Positions 45,336 through 54,336 of a stretch of 64,000 nucleotides of DNA are shown here, one piece after another. Origin of the DNA: an uncultured Gaiellales bacterium (lineage in GTDB: Bacteria; Actinomycetota; Thermoleophilia; Gaiellales; Gaiellaceae); assembly GCA_964602945.1 (NCBI GenBank), contig CAZRTE010000001.1, positions 7,594 to 71,593 on the forward strand, given 5' to 3'. The notes under the pieces are model-generated. The model was given only the letters and a program-made list of their open reading frames with translations, ran no database searches and was not told the DNA's origin. The position numbers and the translations under genes are program-made. Every line of letters begins with the position of its first letter. The first letter of the stretch is position 1.

Positions 45336-46769
45336 CTACGAATCCTCCTCCGTCTGCTCGGCCGGGATCCCGGCCGGAACCTCCTCCGGCTCCGCGACCT
45401 CCGCGCCGGCACCCTCCGGCCCGGCAGCGGCCGGCTCGTCCTGCGTCTCCGCGACCTCCGCGGCCTCCTCGGCCGCCTGAGGCGGACCGGCGACGTAGTC
45501 GGTGCCGGTGCCCTCGAGCGCCTGGTGCGCCGGCACGCCGCAGAAGCGGGAGCCGGGCAGCGCCGCGTTCGGGCAGCGCTTGCCGTTCGCGAGGATGGCC
45601 CCGCACCGGCCCGAGAAGTCCTCGGCGCCGTCTTCGCCGCCGCCGAAGGCCGCCTCGGCCTCCGCCTGCGCGAACTCGGTGTCGCTCTGGATGTCGACCT
45701 TCCAGCCGGTCAGGCGGGCGGCGAGGCGGGCGTTCATCCCCTCCTTGCCGATCGCGAGCGCGAGCTGGTCGTCCGGCACGACGACGGTCGCCTCACGCGC
45801 CTCGTCGTCGAGATACACCTCGCGCACCCGCGCCGGGGACAGCGCCTTGGCCACGAAGCGGGCCGGCTCCGGGTTCCACGGGATGATGTCGATCTTCTCG
45901 CCGCGCAGCTCCGAGACGACCATGCGCACGCGGGAGCCGCGCGGGCCGACGCACGCGCCGACGGGATCGACGCCCTGGGCGTGCGACTCGACCGCGATCT
46001 TCGAGCGGTAGCCGGGCTCGCGGGCGACGCCACGGATCTCGACGAGGCCGTCGGCGATCTCCGGCACCTCGAGCTCGAACAGCGTCTTGATCAGCTCCGG
46101 GTCGCGGCGGGAGAGGATGACCTGCGGCCCCTTCGTCCCGGAGCGGACCTCGGTGATCACGGCCTTGATGCGCGAGCCCTGCTCGTAGCGCTCGCCGTCG
46201 ACCTGCTCGGAGCGCGGCAGCAGCGCCTCGACCTTGCCGAGGTCGACGAGGACGTTGTTCCGGTCGCCGGCCTGCTGGACGATGCCCGTCACGACCTCGG
46301 TCACCCGGTCGATGTACTCGTCGTACATCATCCGCCGCTCCTCCTCGCGGATCCGCTGCAGGATCACCTGCTTCGCCGTCTGCGCGGCGATGCGGCCGAA
46401 GCCCTCGGGCGTGACGTCCTCCCGGACGACCTGGTCCTCGGGCACGTCCGACCAGTCGATGTCGAGGTCGTCGTCGGAGATCAGGGTGTGCTGGCGCTCG
46501 CCCGTCTCCTCCTCGAGCCGCTCGAGCTCCTCGAGCTTCCGCTCGCGCGCCTCGTCGAGCAGCTCCGTCTCGATGTCGGGAGGCAGCTCGACGGAGAAGA
46601 CGCGGAACTCTCCGTCGTCGTGCAGCTCGACCGTCGCATGACGCGACGCGCCGGGCGTCTTCTTGTAGGCGGCGAGGAGCGCGTCCTCGAGCGCCGTGAC
46701 GAGCGCGCCCTCCTCGATTCCCTTGTCCCGCTCGATTTCGCGGACCGCGTCGATGATCTCCTGGCTCAT
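45336..46769 (-). CDS. nusA: Transcription termination/antitermination factor NusA, with an extra Cys/His knuckle and an acidic C-terminal tail
   Basis: ORF 45336..46769: [21 protein letters not shown]1 and two KH regions ([22 protein letters not shown]), then [30 protein letters not shown]. Confidence 0.9.
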   Translation of the reverse strand: MSQEIIDAVREIERDKGIEEGALVTALEDALLAAYKKTPGASRHATVELHDDGEFRVFSVELPPDIETELLDEARERKLEELERLEEETGERQHTLISDDDLDIDWSDVPEDQVVREDVTPEGFGRIAAQTAKQVILQRIREEERRMMYDEYIDRVTEVVTGIVQQAGDRNNVLVDLGKVEALLPRSEQVDGERYEQGSRIKAVITEVRSGTKGPQVILSRRDPELIKTLFELEVPEIADGLVEIRGVAREPGYRSKIAVESHAQGVDPVGACVGPRGSRVRMVVSELRGEKIDIIPWNPEPARFVAKALSPARVREVYLDDEAREATVVVPDDQLALAIGKEGMNARLAARLTGWKVDIQSDTEFAQAEAEAAFGGGEDGAEDFSGRCGAILANGKRCPNAALPGSRFCGVPAHQALEGTGTDYVAGPPQAAEEAAEVAETQDEPAAAGPEGAGAEVAEPEEVPAGIPAEQTEEDS

Positions 46770-47212
46770 GTCACGCTCCCCTTCACGTCGGAATCCCCGA
46801 TCAGGTTGGCCCGCACGATGAGTGCGTACGGGATCTGGCGCTCTCCACGATCCGTGTGGAGCGTCAGGAAATCGGCGTCGGTGGACGCCAGCAGGCCCTT
46901 CAGCTTCTCGTCGGCCGTCCGGATGCGCACGCGCCGGCCCACGACCTGTGCGAAGTGCTCCCGTCGGCGCAGCGGCCGGTCGAGCCCCGGCGAGGAGACC
47001 TCGACGGTGTACGTGCGCAGGTAGTCGCGGAGGACGTCCGTGACGCGCTCGCAGAGGGCGTGGTCGACCCCCGCGGGATGGTCGACGTAGACGCAGAAGC
47101 GGGACGGCGTCGCCAGCTCCACGGCGAGGACGTCGACGTCTGGCAGGTCGCGCTCGACCCGCGGGACGATCTCCTGCTCCAGCTCGCGCTCCTTCTCGAA
47201 TGTCGTCGGCAT
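46766..47212 (-). CDS. rimP: Ribosome maturation factor RimP
   Basis: C-terminal 148 aa of artefactual ORF 46766..47725, starting at the ATG at 47212. ...EVSSPGLDRPL...; 4-nt overlap with nusA. Confidence 0.85.
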   Translation of the reverse strand: MPTTFEKERELEQEIVPRVERDLPDVDVLAVELATPSRFCVYVDHPAGVDHALCERVTDVLRDYLRTYTVEVSSPGLDRPLRRREHFAQVVGRRVRIRTADEKLKGLLASTDADFLTLHTDRGERQIPYALIVRANLIGDSDVKGSVT

Positions 47213-47224
47213 CTCCGTCTCTCT

Positions 47225-47252
47225 CACAAAAAATGGGCCCGCAGGCCCATTT
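47225..47252 (-). terminator. Canonical intrinsic terminator (AAAUGGGCC-UGCG-GGCCCAUUU followed by UUUGUG) between dtd and rimP
   Basis: Read directly. 9-bp stem, 4-nt loop, a run of six U on the minus-strand transcript. It ends 13 nt upstream of the rimP ATG. Confidence 0.65.
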
Positions 47253-47342
47253 CTCCGAACCGGTGAAATGTGGTGCGCGGAGTGTAGCAGCGGCCGAATC
47301 CCACCCGGTCGCCGCGAGCCGCCCGCCGGACGTGGGATTCGG

Positions 47343-47780
47343 TCAGGCCTCGAGGACGATCGTGACCGGACCGTCGTTGACGAGCTCGAGCTGCATGAAG
47401 GCGCCGAAGACGCCCGTCTCGACCGGGACGCCGAGCGCCCGGAGCTCGGCGCAGAAGCGCTCGTAGAGCGGCTCGGCCTGGCCGGGCGGCGCCGCGTCGG
47501 AGAAGCTCGGCCGGTTCCCCCTGGCCGTGTCCGCGATGAGCGTGAACTGGGAGACGACGAGCGCCGCGCCGCCGACGTCGCCGAGCGAGCGGTCGAACCG
47601 GCCGTCCTCGTCGGGAAAGACGCGCAGCGCGGCCGTCCTGCGTGCCAGCCTGTCCGCCGCCTCCACTCCGTCCGTCCGCGCGACGCCGAGGAGGACGCAG
47701 AGGCCGGCCCCGATCTCGCCGACAACCGTTCCGGCGACGCGGACCCGCGCTTTCGTAACTCGCTGGCACATGGCCCTCAT
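47343..47780 (-). CDS. dtd: D-aminoacyl-tRNA deacylase
   Basis: C-terminal 145 aa of ORF 47343..48092, starting at the ATG at 47780: MRAMCQRV...LCVLLGV...VSQFTL...GNRPSF. Confidence 0.85.
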   Translation of the reverse strand: MRAMCQRVTKARVRVAGTVVGEIGAGLCVLLGVARTDGVEAADRLARRTAALRVFPDEDGRFDRSLGDVGGAALVVSQFTLIADTARGNRPSFSDAAPPGQAEPLYERFCAELRALGVPVETGVFGAFMQLELVNDGPVTIVLEA

Positions 47781-47811
47781 GTCGGCGCGAACATACTCCG
47801 ATAGAGAGACG

Positions 47812-49548
47812 ATGGAGCCCGCCGCCAGCCTTCTCCACCCCTTACGACCGCCCGCTCCGGATGCTCGCACGACGACGGGACGCCGACCTCTCGGCGCGCT
47901 CCTGCTCGCGGAGGGGCTCGTCACGGCCGAGCAGCTCGAGCAGGCGCTCGACGAGAAGGACGCAACCGGCCACCGGGTCGGCGAGATCCTCGTCGCCCGC
48001 GGCTGGCTCGAGCCGTCGACGCTCGCGCGCGTCCTCGCCGAGCAGCACGGGCTCGAGTTCGTAGACCTGAACCAGGCGCACGTCGACCGCACGGCCGCCG
48101 CGCTCCTGCCGGAGAAGTACGCGCGCCGCTACCAGGCGCTGCCGATGAAGCTCCTCTCCGAGGGGCTCATGCTCGTCGCGGTCGCCGACCCGACCAATGT
48201 CGTCACCTCGGACGACCTACGGCTCGCGCTCGGACTCAACGTTCGCCTCGCCGTCGCCTCTGCGCCCGCGCTCACGAGCGCCATCGCAAGCGTGTACCGG
48301 AGCGAGATCCAGATGGAGTCGTTCGGCGACGCGACTGGCGAAGACCCGGCCGCCGGCGGCGTCGACATCGCGGACGCGGGCACGAGCGCTCCTGCCATCG
48401 AGCTCGTCAACAAGCTCGTGACGCACGCCATCGACGATGGGGCCTCGGACCTCCACGTCGAGCCGCAGGCGAACGAACTCGTCGTCAGAGCTCGGATCGA
48501 CGGCGTCACGCGGCGAGTGACGACGATTCCACGGAATCTCCAGCCGGCGGTCACGAGCCGTCTCAAGATCATGGGCGGGCTCGACATCGCCGAGCGGCGA
48601 GCGCCGCAAGACGGCCGCGTCTCGATCCGTCACCGCGGCAAGCCCGTGGATCTCCGCATGGCCGTCCTGCCCACGACGCACGGCGAGCAGATCGTGCTGC
48701 GGATCATGAACCGCTCCGAGAGCCGACTCGAGCTGGGTGAGCTCGGCATGGCCCCGAAGGCGCAGGAAGCGTTCGCCCGCGCGATTCGGCAGCCGTATGG
48801 AGCCGTGCTCACGGTCGGCCCGTCCGGCTCCGGGAAGACGACGACGCTCTATGCGGCGCTTGCGATCCTCAACGAGGACGTGCGCGTCTTGATGACGATC
48901 GAGGACCCCGTCGAATACCAGATGTCCGGAGTCAACCAGATAGAAGTGCATCCCCGCAGCGGCCTCACCTTCGCGCGGGGCCTGCGGACGATCCTGCGCT
49001 CGGACCCCGATGTGCTGCTCGTCGGCGAGATCCGCGACGAGGAGACCGCGCAGATCGCGATCCAGGCCGCGATGACCGGCCATCTCGTCCTCACGACCCT
49101 TCACGCGCAAAACGCTGCGTCGTCGATCGCGCGGCTCCAGGACATGGGCATCGAGCCGAGCCTCCTCGCGACCTCGGTGAACTGCATCGTCGCGCAAAGA
49201 CTGGCTCGCCGGCTCTGCGCCTACTGCCGCGAGGAGTACGAGCCGACCGGGGCCGAGCTCGCCGAGCTCGGGACCGACGGACCGCCCGACGACCTCCGCA
49301 TGTACCGCGCGAAGGGGTGCCCCCAGTGCTCGCACACCGGCTATGCGGGGCGCGTCGCGCTCTACGAGGTGATCTCCGTGACGGGGCGGCTGAGGCAGCT
49401 CATCAGCTCGGGCTCAACCGAGGAGATTCTCGCGGCCGCCGTCGAGGAGGGGACGACGACGCTCCGCCGCGACGGCATGCGGCTGGTGCGCACCGGTATC
49501 TCCTCGCTCGAAGAGGTGCGCCGCGTGACCGGCGACTGGCTCGACTAG
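47812..49548 (+). CDS. GspE/PilB-family secretion ATPase with N-terminal MshEN-type (T2SSE_N) domain; orphan
   Basis: ORF 47527..49548 trimmed to the ATG at 47812. Walker [36 protein letters not shown]...CPQC tetracysteine. N-terminus carries two tandem (R)xGxxLLxxGxLxxxxLxxxLxxQ-like segments. Confidence 0.85.
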   Translation: MEPAASLLHPLRPPAPDARTTTGRRPLGALLLAEGLVTAEQLEQALDEKDATGHRVGEILVARGWLEPSTLARVLAEQHGLEFVDLNQAHVDRTAAALLPEKYARRYQALPMKLLSEGLMLVAVADPTNVVTSDDLRLALGLNVRLAVASAPALTSAIASVYRSEIQMESFGDATGEDPAAGGVDIADAGTSAPAIELVNKLVTHAIDDGASDLHVEPQANELVVRARIDGVTRRVTTIPRNLQPAVTSRLKIMGGLDIAERRAPQDGRVSIRHRGKPVDLRMAVLPTTHGEQIVLRIMNRSESRLELGELGMAPKAQEAFARAIRQPYGAVLTVGPSGSGKTTTLYAALAILNEDVRVLMTIEDPVEYQMSGVNQIEVHPRSGLTFARGLRTILRSDPDVLLVGEIRDEETAQIAIQAAMTGHLVLTTLHAQNAASSIARLQDMGIEPSLLATSVNCIVAQRLARRLCAYCREEYEPTGAELAELGTDGPPDDLRMYRAKGCPQCSHTGYAGRVALYEVISVTGRLRQLISSGSTEEILAAAVEEGTTTLRRDGMRLVRTGISSLEEVRRVTGDWLD

Positions 49549-49556
49549 CGGAGCCC

Positions 49557-49910
49557 CTACTCCAGATCGCGGATGCGCGAGCGGTACTGGTCGGAGGAGG
49601 GCTGGAGCGAGCTCGCGAGCTTGTAGTGCCCGTTCGCCTCGACGGCGCGGCCCTGCTGCTCGAGGCAGCGGCCGAGCGCGTAGTGCGCGTAGTCGTTGAC
49701 GGGCGACAGCTCGAGCACCTTCCGGAACTCCGCCTCCGCCTCGGTCCAGCGCCGGACGCGGAAGTAGGCGATGCCGAGCGCCTCCCGGATCGACGCCTTC
49801 TCCGGCTCCCGCCGCTTCGCCTTCTCGAGCGAGACGGTCGCCTGGGCGGGGAGGCCCGCCCGCAGATGCTCCCGGCCCCGCTGGAAGAGGTCGTACGCCG
49901 AGTCGCTCAC
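49557..49910 (-). CDS. TPR-repeat protein (117 aa)
   Basis: ORF 49557..49910: AxxxxEKA...P...AxxxLGxAYxxxxxWxEA repeats. 4-nt overlap with the upstream transglutaminase gene. Confidence 0.7.
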   Translation of the reverse strand: MSDSAYDLFQRGREHLRAGLPAQATVSLEKAKRREPEKASIREALGIAYFRVRRWTEAEAEFRKVLELSPVNDYAHYALGRCLEQQGRAVEANGHYKLASSLQPSSDQYRSRIRDLE

Positions 49911-52168
49911 GACCCCGTGTTACCCAGGGAGGCCAAGGCGTCAACCGGCCGGGCCCGGCCGACGAGCGAGCGGATGGACAGGAGCCCGGCCAGCCGCTCC
50001 TGGCGGCTCAGGCCACGGCGGATGGAGTCGAGCACCTCCTGCAGCTCTCGCCGGGCCTCGACCGCGGCTGCCGCGGCACGCTCCGAGCGGCCGAACCGTG
50101 CCGCGGCCGCGGCCTGCACGAACCGGTGCGCGTCGACGCCGAACTGGCTCCGGACGAGCTCACCGAGCTCCTGCACCGTCGCGCCGGCCCTCGTCTCGAC
50201 GCGCTGATCGACGAGAAACTCCGTGAGCTCCAGGCGGCAGCACGCGCCGATCCGGCGGGGATCGCCATCGAGCCTCCGCACCGACCGGATCGCGCGCTTC
50301 GTCAACACGATGCCGGCGACAGCGGCCGCGAGCACGAGCACGACGATCAGGAGCACCGTCCCCGTCTCCCCGTGCGAGGTCGAGACGCTCGGCTCGAGCC
50401 GCCCCCGCACCGGTCTGCCTCCCGAGGCTCCCTGGCCGATCGTCCCCGAGGCCGCCGATCCCGCACCGCCGGTCGGACCCACGCCCCCGGGACGGCCCGA
50501 GGTCGCCGGCCCTCCCCCCGTGCTCGCGGCGCGCGCAGAGCTGGGGGCGGCCGGCGTCGGGTCGAACGGGAGCCAGCCGTAGCCGCGAAACCAGACCTCC
50601 ACCCAGGCGTGGGCGTCCGTGTCGGTCACGACCCACGTGTCGCTGTTCCCGTCTCGCGTCCCGCCCCAGAAGCCCACGGCGACGCGCGCGGGGATGCCGA
50701 CATAGCGGAGCATGAGGGCCATCGCACCGGCGAAGAACTGGCAGTAGCCGGCATGCGTGGTCGTGACGAAGCCGACGAGCGGCGGCCCGACCACGCGCGG
50801 GTGGTCGGCGTAGCGGAAGCGGCCGCCGAGGAACCAGTCCTGGAGCCGCGCCACCGCCGCATACGGCGTCGTCGCCTCGCCCGCGACCTTCTCCGCCTGC
50901 TTGAAGAGCGGCAGATACGGCTCGAGCGGCGGCGTGCTCCGGATCTTCTCGCTGACGAGCCGCTCGCGGTTCGGCGTCCCGAACGGCGGGACGCCGGCTC
51001 CGTCGCCGACCCCGAGCATCCCCTGCTCGAGCAGCGCGGCCGGGTACTGCGGAGGGGAGCGCGCGAGGTCGGCCGCCGTGGGCTGCGGGATGTAGCTCCA
51101 GGCCGTGTACTGGAAGCCGCGGAAGAGACCGTCGGGCAGGACCGCGAAACCGGGCTCGAGCTCGACGAGAGGAGTGCTGCCCGCGCTGTAGCGGATCGGG
51201 ATGCTGCCGCCGACGAGCTGGGGCTCGGCGAGCGCCGCCACGGTGACGAGCTCCGGCGTCTGGTTCGCCGGGCGCAGCGCGGCAGCCGGCTCGAGCGAGT
51301 CGGCGGACCGTGGCGGGCCGAAGCTCCAGGCGTCGCGCGTGAAGTCGTCCAGCACGCCCGCGCGGAGGTAGCGCGGCTCCTTCGCCGACCGGACGCGCAG
51401 GACGACCGTCGGGTTCGCGGGCCAGCGGATCCCGCCGTACTGCGACCTCCACACGAAGGCCGCCCCCACCTCGACCTCCGAGCCGTGGATCGGGTCCCAC
51501 GCCTGCCAGCGCACGAGGCCGTGCCGCGCAGCGGTGGCCGAGCCGACCGCAACCGCCGCCAGGAGGACGACGCCTGCAGCCGGCAGCGCGAGCGCGAGGC
51601 GCCGCGAGCCGGGACGTGCGAGCAGCAGCAGCCCCGCTGCGAGGATCGCGGCGCCGACCTCGATTCCCCCCGCGGCCCCCAGCAGGGTCGCGGGCCAGCC
51701 GGCGCCGGCCACGAGGGCGAGCACCGCTGCGACCCGCTGCCTCGCCGCCGCGAGCAGCGCCACCAGGAGCGTGAAGCAGAAGACCCCGGCGAGCGCGATC
51801 TCGCCCATCTCCACGTGGAGGTGCGGATCGAACGGGAGGTGCGTGCCGTAGTAGTCGGCGAGCCCGGCGCCGAACCGGTGCGCGAACGTCCCGAACGCCC
51901 CGTCGAGGCCGAAGCCCGTCCCGGGGTCGAGGGGATGCAGGGGCAGGAGCACGACGCCGAGCGCGAGCCGGGCAGCGGCGAGCGACGCCACGACGGCCGC
52001 GAGGACGCGCAGCCGTCGCCGCGGTACCGCCGCCGCCGCGAGCGCGAGCGCCACGAGCACCGCCGGGCGCCAGAGGGGCCCGAGCGGATGCTCGAGCCGG
52101 AGCCAGGCCGCCGCGACGACGACGCCGGCGGGCGCTGCGAGCAGGACGCCGCGTGGCGCGCTACGCAT
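49907..52168 (-). CDS. Membrane transglutaminase-like protein (multi-TM N-terminus, TGase core, DUF4129-like C-terminus)
   Basis: ORF 49907..52771 trimmed to the ATG at 52168, which overlaps the DUF58 stop by 8 nt. GYCQFFAGAMALMLRYVGIPARV...DAHAWVEVWF...WLPFDPTP (Cys-His-Asp core). Confidence 0.8.
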   Translation of the reverse strand: MRSAPRGVLLAAPAGVVVAAAWLRLEHPLGPLWRPAVLVALALAAAAVPRRRLRVLAAVVASLAAARLALGVVLLPLHPLDPGTGFGLDGAFGTFAHRFGAGLADYYGTHLPFDPHLHVEMGEIALAGVFCFTLLVALLAAARQRVAAVLALVAGAGWPATLLGAAGGIEVGAAILAAGLLLLARPGSRRLALALPAAGVVLLAAVAVGSATAARHGLVRWQAWDPIHGSEVEVGAAFVWRSQYGGIRWPANPTVVLRVRSAKEPRYLRAGVLDDFTRDAWSFGPPRSADSLEPAAALRPANQTPELVTVAALAEPQLVGGSIPIRYSAGSTPLVELEPGFAVLPDGLFRGFQYTAWSYIPQPTAADLARSPPQYPAALLEQGMLGVGDGAGVPPFGTPNRERLVSEKIRSTPPLEPYLPLFKQAEKVAGEATTPYAAVARLQDWFLGGRFRYADHPRVVGPPLVGFVTTTHAGYCQFFAGAMALMLRYVGIPARVAVGFWGGTRDGNSDTWVVTDTDAHAWVEVWFRGYGWLPFDPTPAAPSSARAASTGGGPATSGRPGGVGPTGGAGSAASGTIGQGASGGRPVRGRLEPSVSTSHGETGTVLLIVVLVLAAAVAGIVLTKRAIRSVRRLDGDPRRIGACCRLELTEFLVDQRVETRAGATVQELGELVRSQFGVDAHRFVQAAAAARFGRSERAAAAAVEARRELQEVLDSIRRGLSRQERLAGLLSIRSLVGRARPVDALASLGNTGS

Positions 52169-53375
52169 GCGCACCCAACGCCGGCGAAGTCGCGCCGAGC
52201 ACGGTGGCGAGGTCGTCGCCCTGCCGGACGACGGCGACCGGAACGCCTGCCGCCTGCAGGCGGAGCAGACCGGCCTCGGCCCGGTGCGGACGTCCCTCGA
52301 AGCTGCTCGCCTCGACGTGTACGAGCGCCACCGAGCGGTGCGACAGGGCCCGCTCGAGGAGGCGGCTGACGAGGGTCTGCTCCAGGCGCGCCGTGACGAC
52401 CACGAGCTCGAGTGCGCTCCCGGCCGGCCCGGGGCCGGCCTCGAGCAGCGCTGCCACCGGTGTCGTCGCATCCGCCTCCGCGACGGCGAGCAGCTCGAGC
52501 GCGAGCGCCAGCTCGGTGCCACGGGACGAGACGGCCTGCGTCTCCCGTCCGCGCGTGTTGAGCGCGAGAAGGCAGCGGCGCCCGCGGCGCACCTGGGCGA
52601 GCAGGATCGAGCCCGCGGCGCGGACAGCCGCGTCGAAGGACGAGTCGGGCGGCTCGCCGACGGCCCCGACCGCGTCCCCGTCGAGCACGACGGCGATCTC
52701 GTGCCGCGGCGCATCCTCGAGCTCCTTGACCATGAGCCTCCCGCGCCGCGCCGTCGTCGGCCAGTGGACACGCCGCAGCGATTCCCCCTGCTCGTGCTCG
52801 CGCACGCTGTGCAGCTCGAAGCCCGCCGGGCGCCGCAGGAGCATCCGCCGGCCGTCTCCCGTGCCCGCGCCGCCGTCGAAGAAGAGCCGCTCGAGCTCGA
52901 CGAGGCGCGGCTGGACGACGACCGCCTCGCGGCCGGCCGTGGCCAGGTGCCGCGCGGCGAGACCGAAGGGGTCGCCGACGGTCAGGCGAGCCGGTCCGAG
53001 CTCGTGCCGCCCGCGCGGCACGCCGCTCAGCACGTACGAGCCGGCGTAGCGGCCGGGCCGGAGGCGCCGGAAGGTCACCTCCCGCTGCCCGAGCCGGCCC
53101 ACCGGCTCCACGACCACCGCGTCCGGCAGCGGCAGGCTCGAGAGCGGGTCGAGCACGAGCTCGACGCGCAGGTCGTCCCCCTCGACGGGCTCGCGCTCGA
53201 GGCGGCGACGGGCCAGGCGCGGCCGGCGCACCGAGAGCCACACCCAGGCGAGAGCGAGCGGAACCGCGAGCACGAGCCCCGCGGCGACCGGATAGAGGGC
53301 GCGCGAGCCGAAGACGATCGCGACGACCCAGCACAGGACGCCGAGCACGAGTACTGCGCGCCCCCGGGACGTCAT
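52161..53375 (-). CDS. DUF58 family protein
   Basis: ORF 52161..53465 trimmed to the ATG at 53375. N-terminal TM pair, ...LREHEQGESLRRVHWPTTARRGRLMVKELE... Confidence 0.75.
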   Translation of the reverse strand: MTSRGRAVLVLGVLCWVVAIVFGSRALYPVAAGLVLAVPLALAWVWLSVRRPRLARRRLEREPVEGDDLRVELVLDPLSSLPLPDAVVVEPVGRLGQREVTFRRLRPGRYAGSYVLSGVPRGRHELGPARLTVGDPFGLAARHLATAGREAVVVQPRLVELERLFFDGGAGTGDGRRMLLRRPAGFELHSVREHEQGESLRRVHWPTTARRGRLMVKELEDAPRHEIAVVLDGDAVGAVGEPPDSSFDAAVRAAGSILLAQVRRGRRCLLALNTRGRETQAVSSRGTELALALELLAVAEADATTPVAALLEAGPGPAGSALELVVVTARLEQTLVSRLLERALSHRSVALVHVEASSFEGRPHRAEAGLLRLQAAGVPVAVVRQGDDLATVLGATSPALGAHA

Positions 53376-53382
53376 CGCGGTC

Positions 53383-54336
53383 CTAGAGCGGCACCGGCGT
53401 GTGGGCGAGCGCCTCGGCGACGAGCTCCTCGGCCGCGAGGCCGGCCGTGCGTGCCTCCGGCGCAAGGATGAGCCGGTGCGCGAGCACGGGTGCCGCGACC
53501 GCCTTCACGTCGTCGGGAACGAGGAAGTCGCGCCCCTCTGCGAGCGCCCACGCCTTCGCGACGCGGAGCAGCGCGATGCCGGCGCGCGGGCTCGCCCCGA
53601 GATAGAGGCGGGTATCCGCCCGCGTGTGGCGCAGGAGGGCGACGACGTACCGCCCGAGGCTCTCCTCGACGTAGACGGCGCGCGCAGCCTCCACGAGCCC
53701 CAGGACGTCCGCGGCGTCGGCGACCGCGGGCAGCGACTCGAGCGGCGGTGCGCTCGTCTGCTCGCCGAGCATCCGCGCCTCCTCCGCGAGCGGCGGATAG
53801 CCGAGCGAGAGCCGCATGGTGAACCGGTCGAGCTGCGCTTCCGGCAGCGGATACGTCCCCTCGTACTCGATCGGGTTCTGGGTCGCCATCACCATGAACG
53901 GCCGCTCGAGCGGGTACGTGACCCCGTCGACCGTGACCTGCCGCTCCTCCATGCACTCGAGCAGCGCCGCCTGGGTCTTCGGCGGGGTGCGGTTGATCTC
54001 GTCGACGAGCAGGAGGTTCGCGAACACCGGACCCGGCCGGAACTCGAACTCGTTCCGGCGCTGATCGAAGACGTTGACGCCGGTGACGTCGGACGGCAGC
54101 AGGTCGGGCGTGAACTGGAGGCGCGCGAAGCGGCAGTGGAGCGAGCGGGCGAGCGCCTTCGTGAGCATCGTCTTCCCGACGCCCGGGAAGTCCTCCACGA
54201 TCGCGTGCCCCTCGGCGACGAGGCAGAGGACGATGAGGCGCAGCGTCGCGTCGGGGGCGTGCACGACCCTGGCCAGGTTGCCGACGACCGTCGAGATGAG
54301 GTCGGTGGAGGCCGGCAGCGTCGCACGCTCAGCCAA
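53383..54336 (-). CDS. MoxR-family AAA+ ATPase
   Basis: ORF 53383..54336 (TTG start): EDFPGVGKT Walker A, LLVDEINR Walker B, VMATQNP. Confidence 0.85.
   Translation of the reverse strand: MAERATLPASTDLISTVVGNLARVVHAPDATLRLIVLCLVAEGHAIVEDFPGVGKTMLTKALARSLHCRFARLQFTPDLLPSDVTGVNVFDQRRNEFEFRPGPVFANLLLVDEINRTPPKTQAALLECMEERQVTVDGVTYPLERPFMVMATQNPIEYEGTYPLPEAQLDRFTMRLSLGYPPLAEEARMLGEQTSAPPLESLPAVADAADVLGLVEAARAVYVEESLGRYVVALLRHTRADTRLYLGASPRAGIALLRVAKAWALAEGRDFLVPDDVKAVAAPVLAHRLILAPEARTAGLAAEELVAEALAHTPVPL

Noticed and set aside
42918-47024. 1368-aa + strand ORF spanning infB-nusA
   Set aside because: It is antisense to four well-supported minus-strand genes (infB, ylxR, nusA, rimP). It is a stop-codon-poor high-GC artefact.
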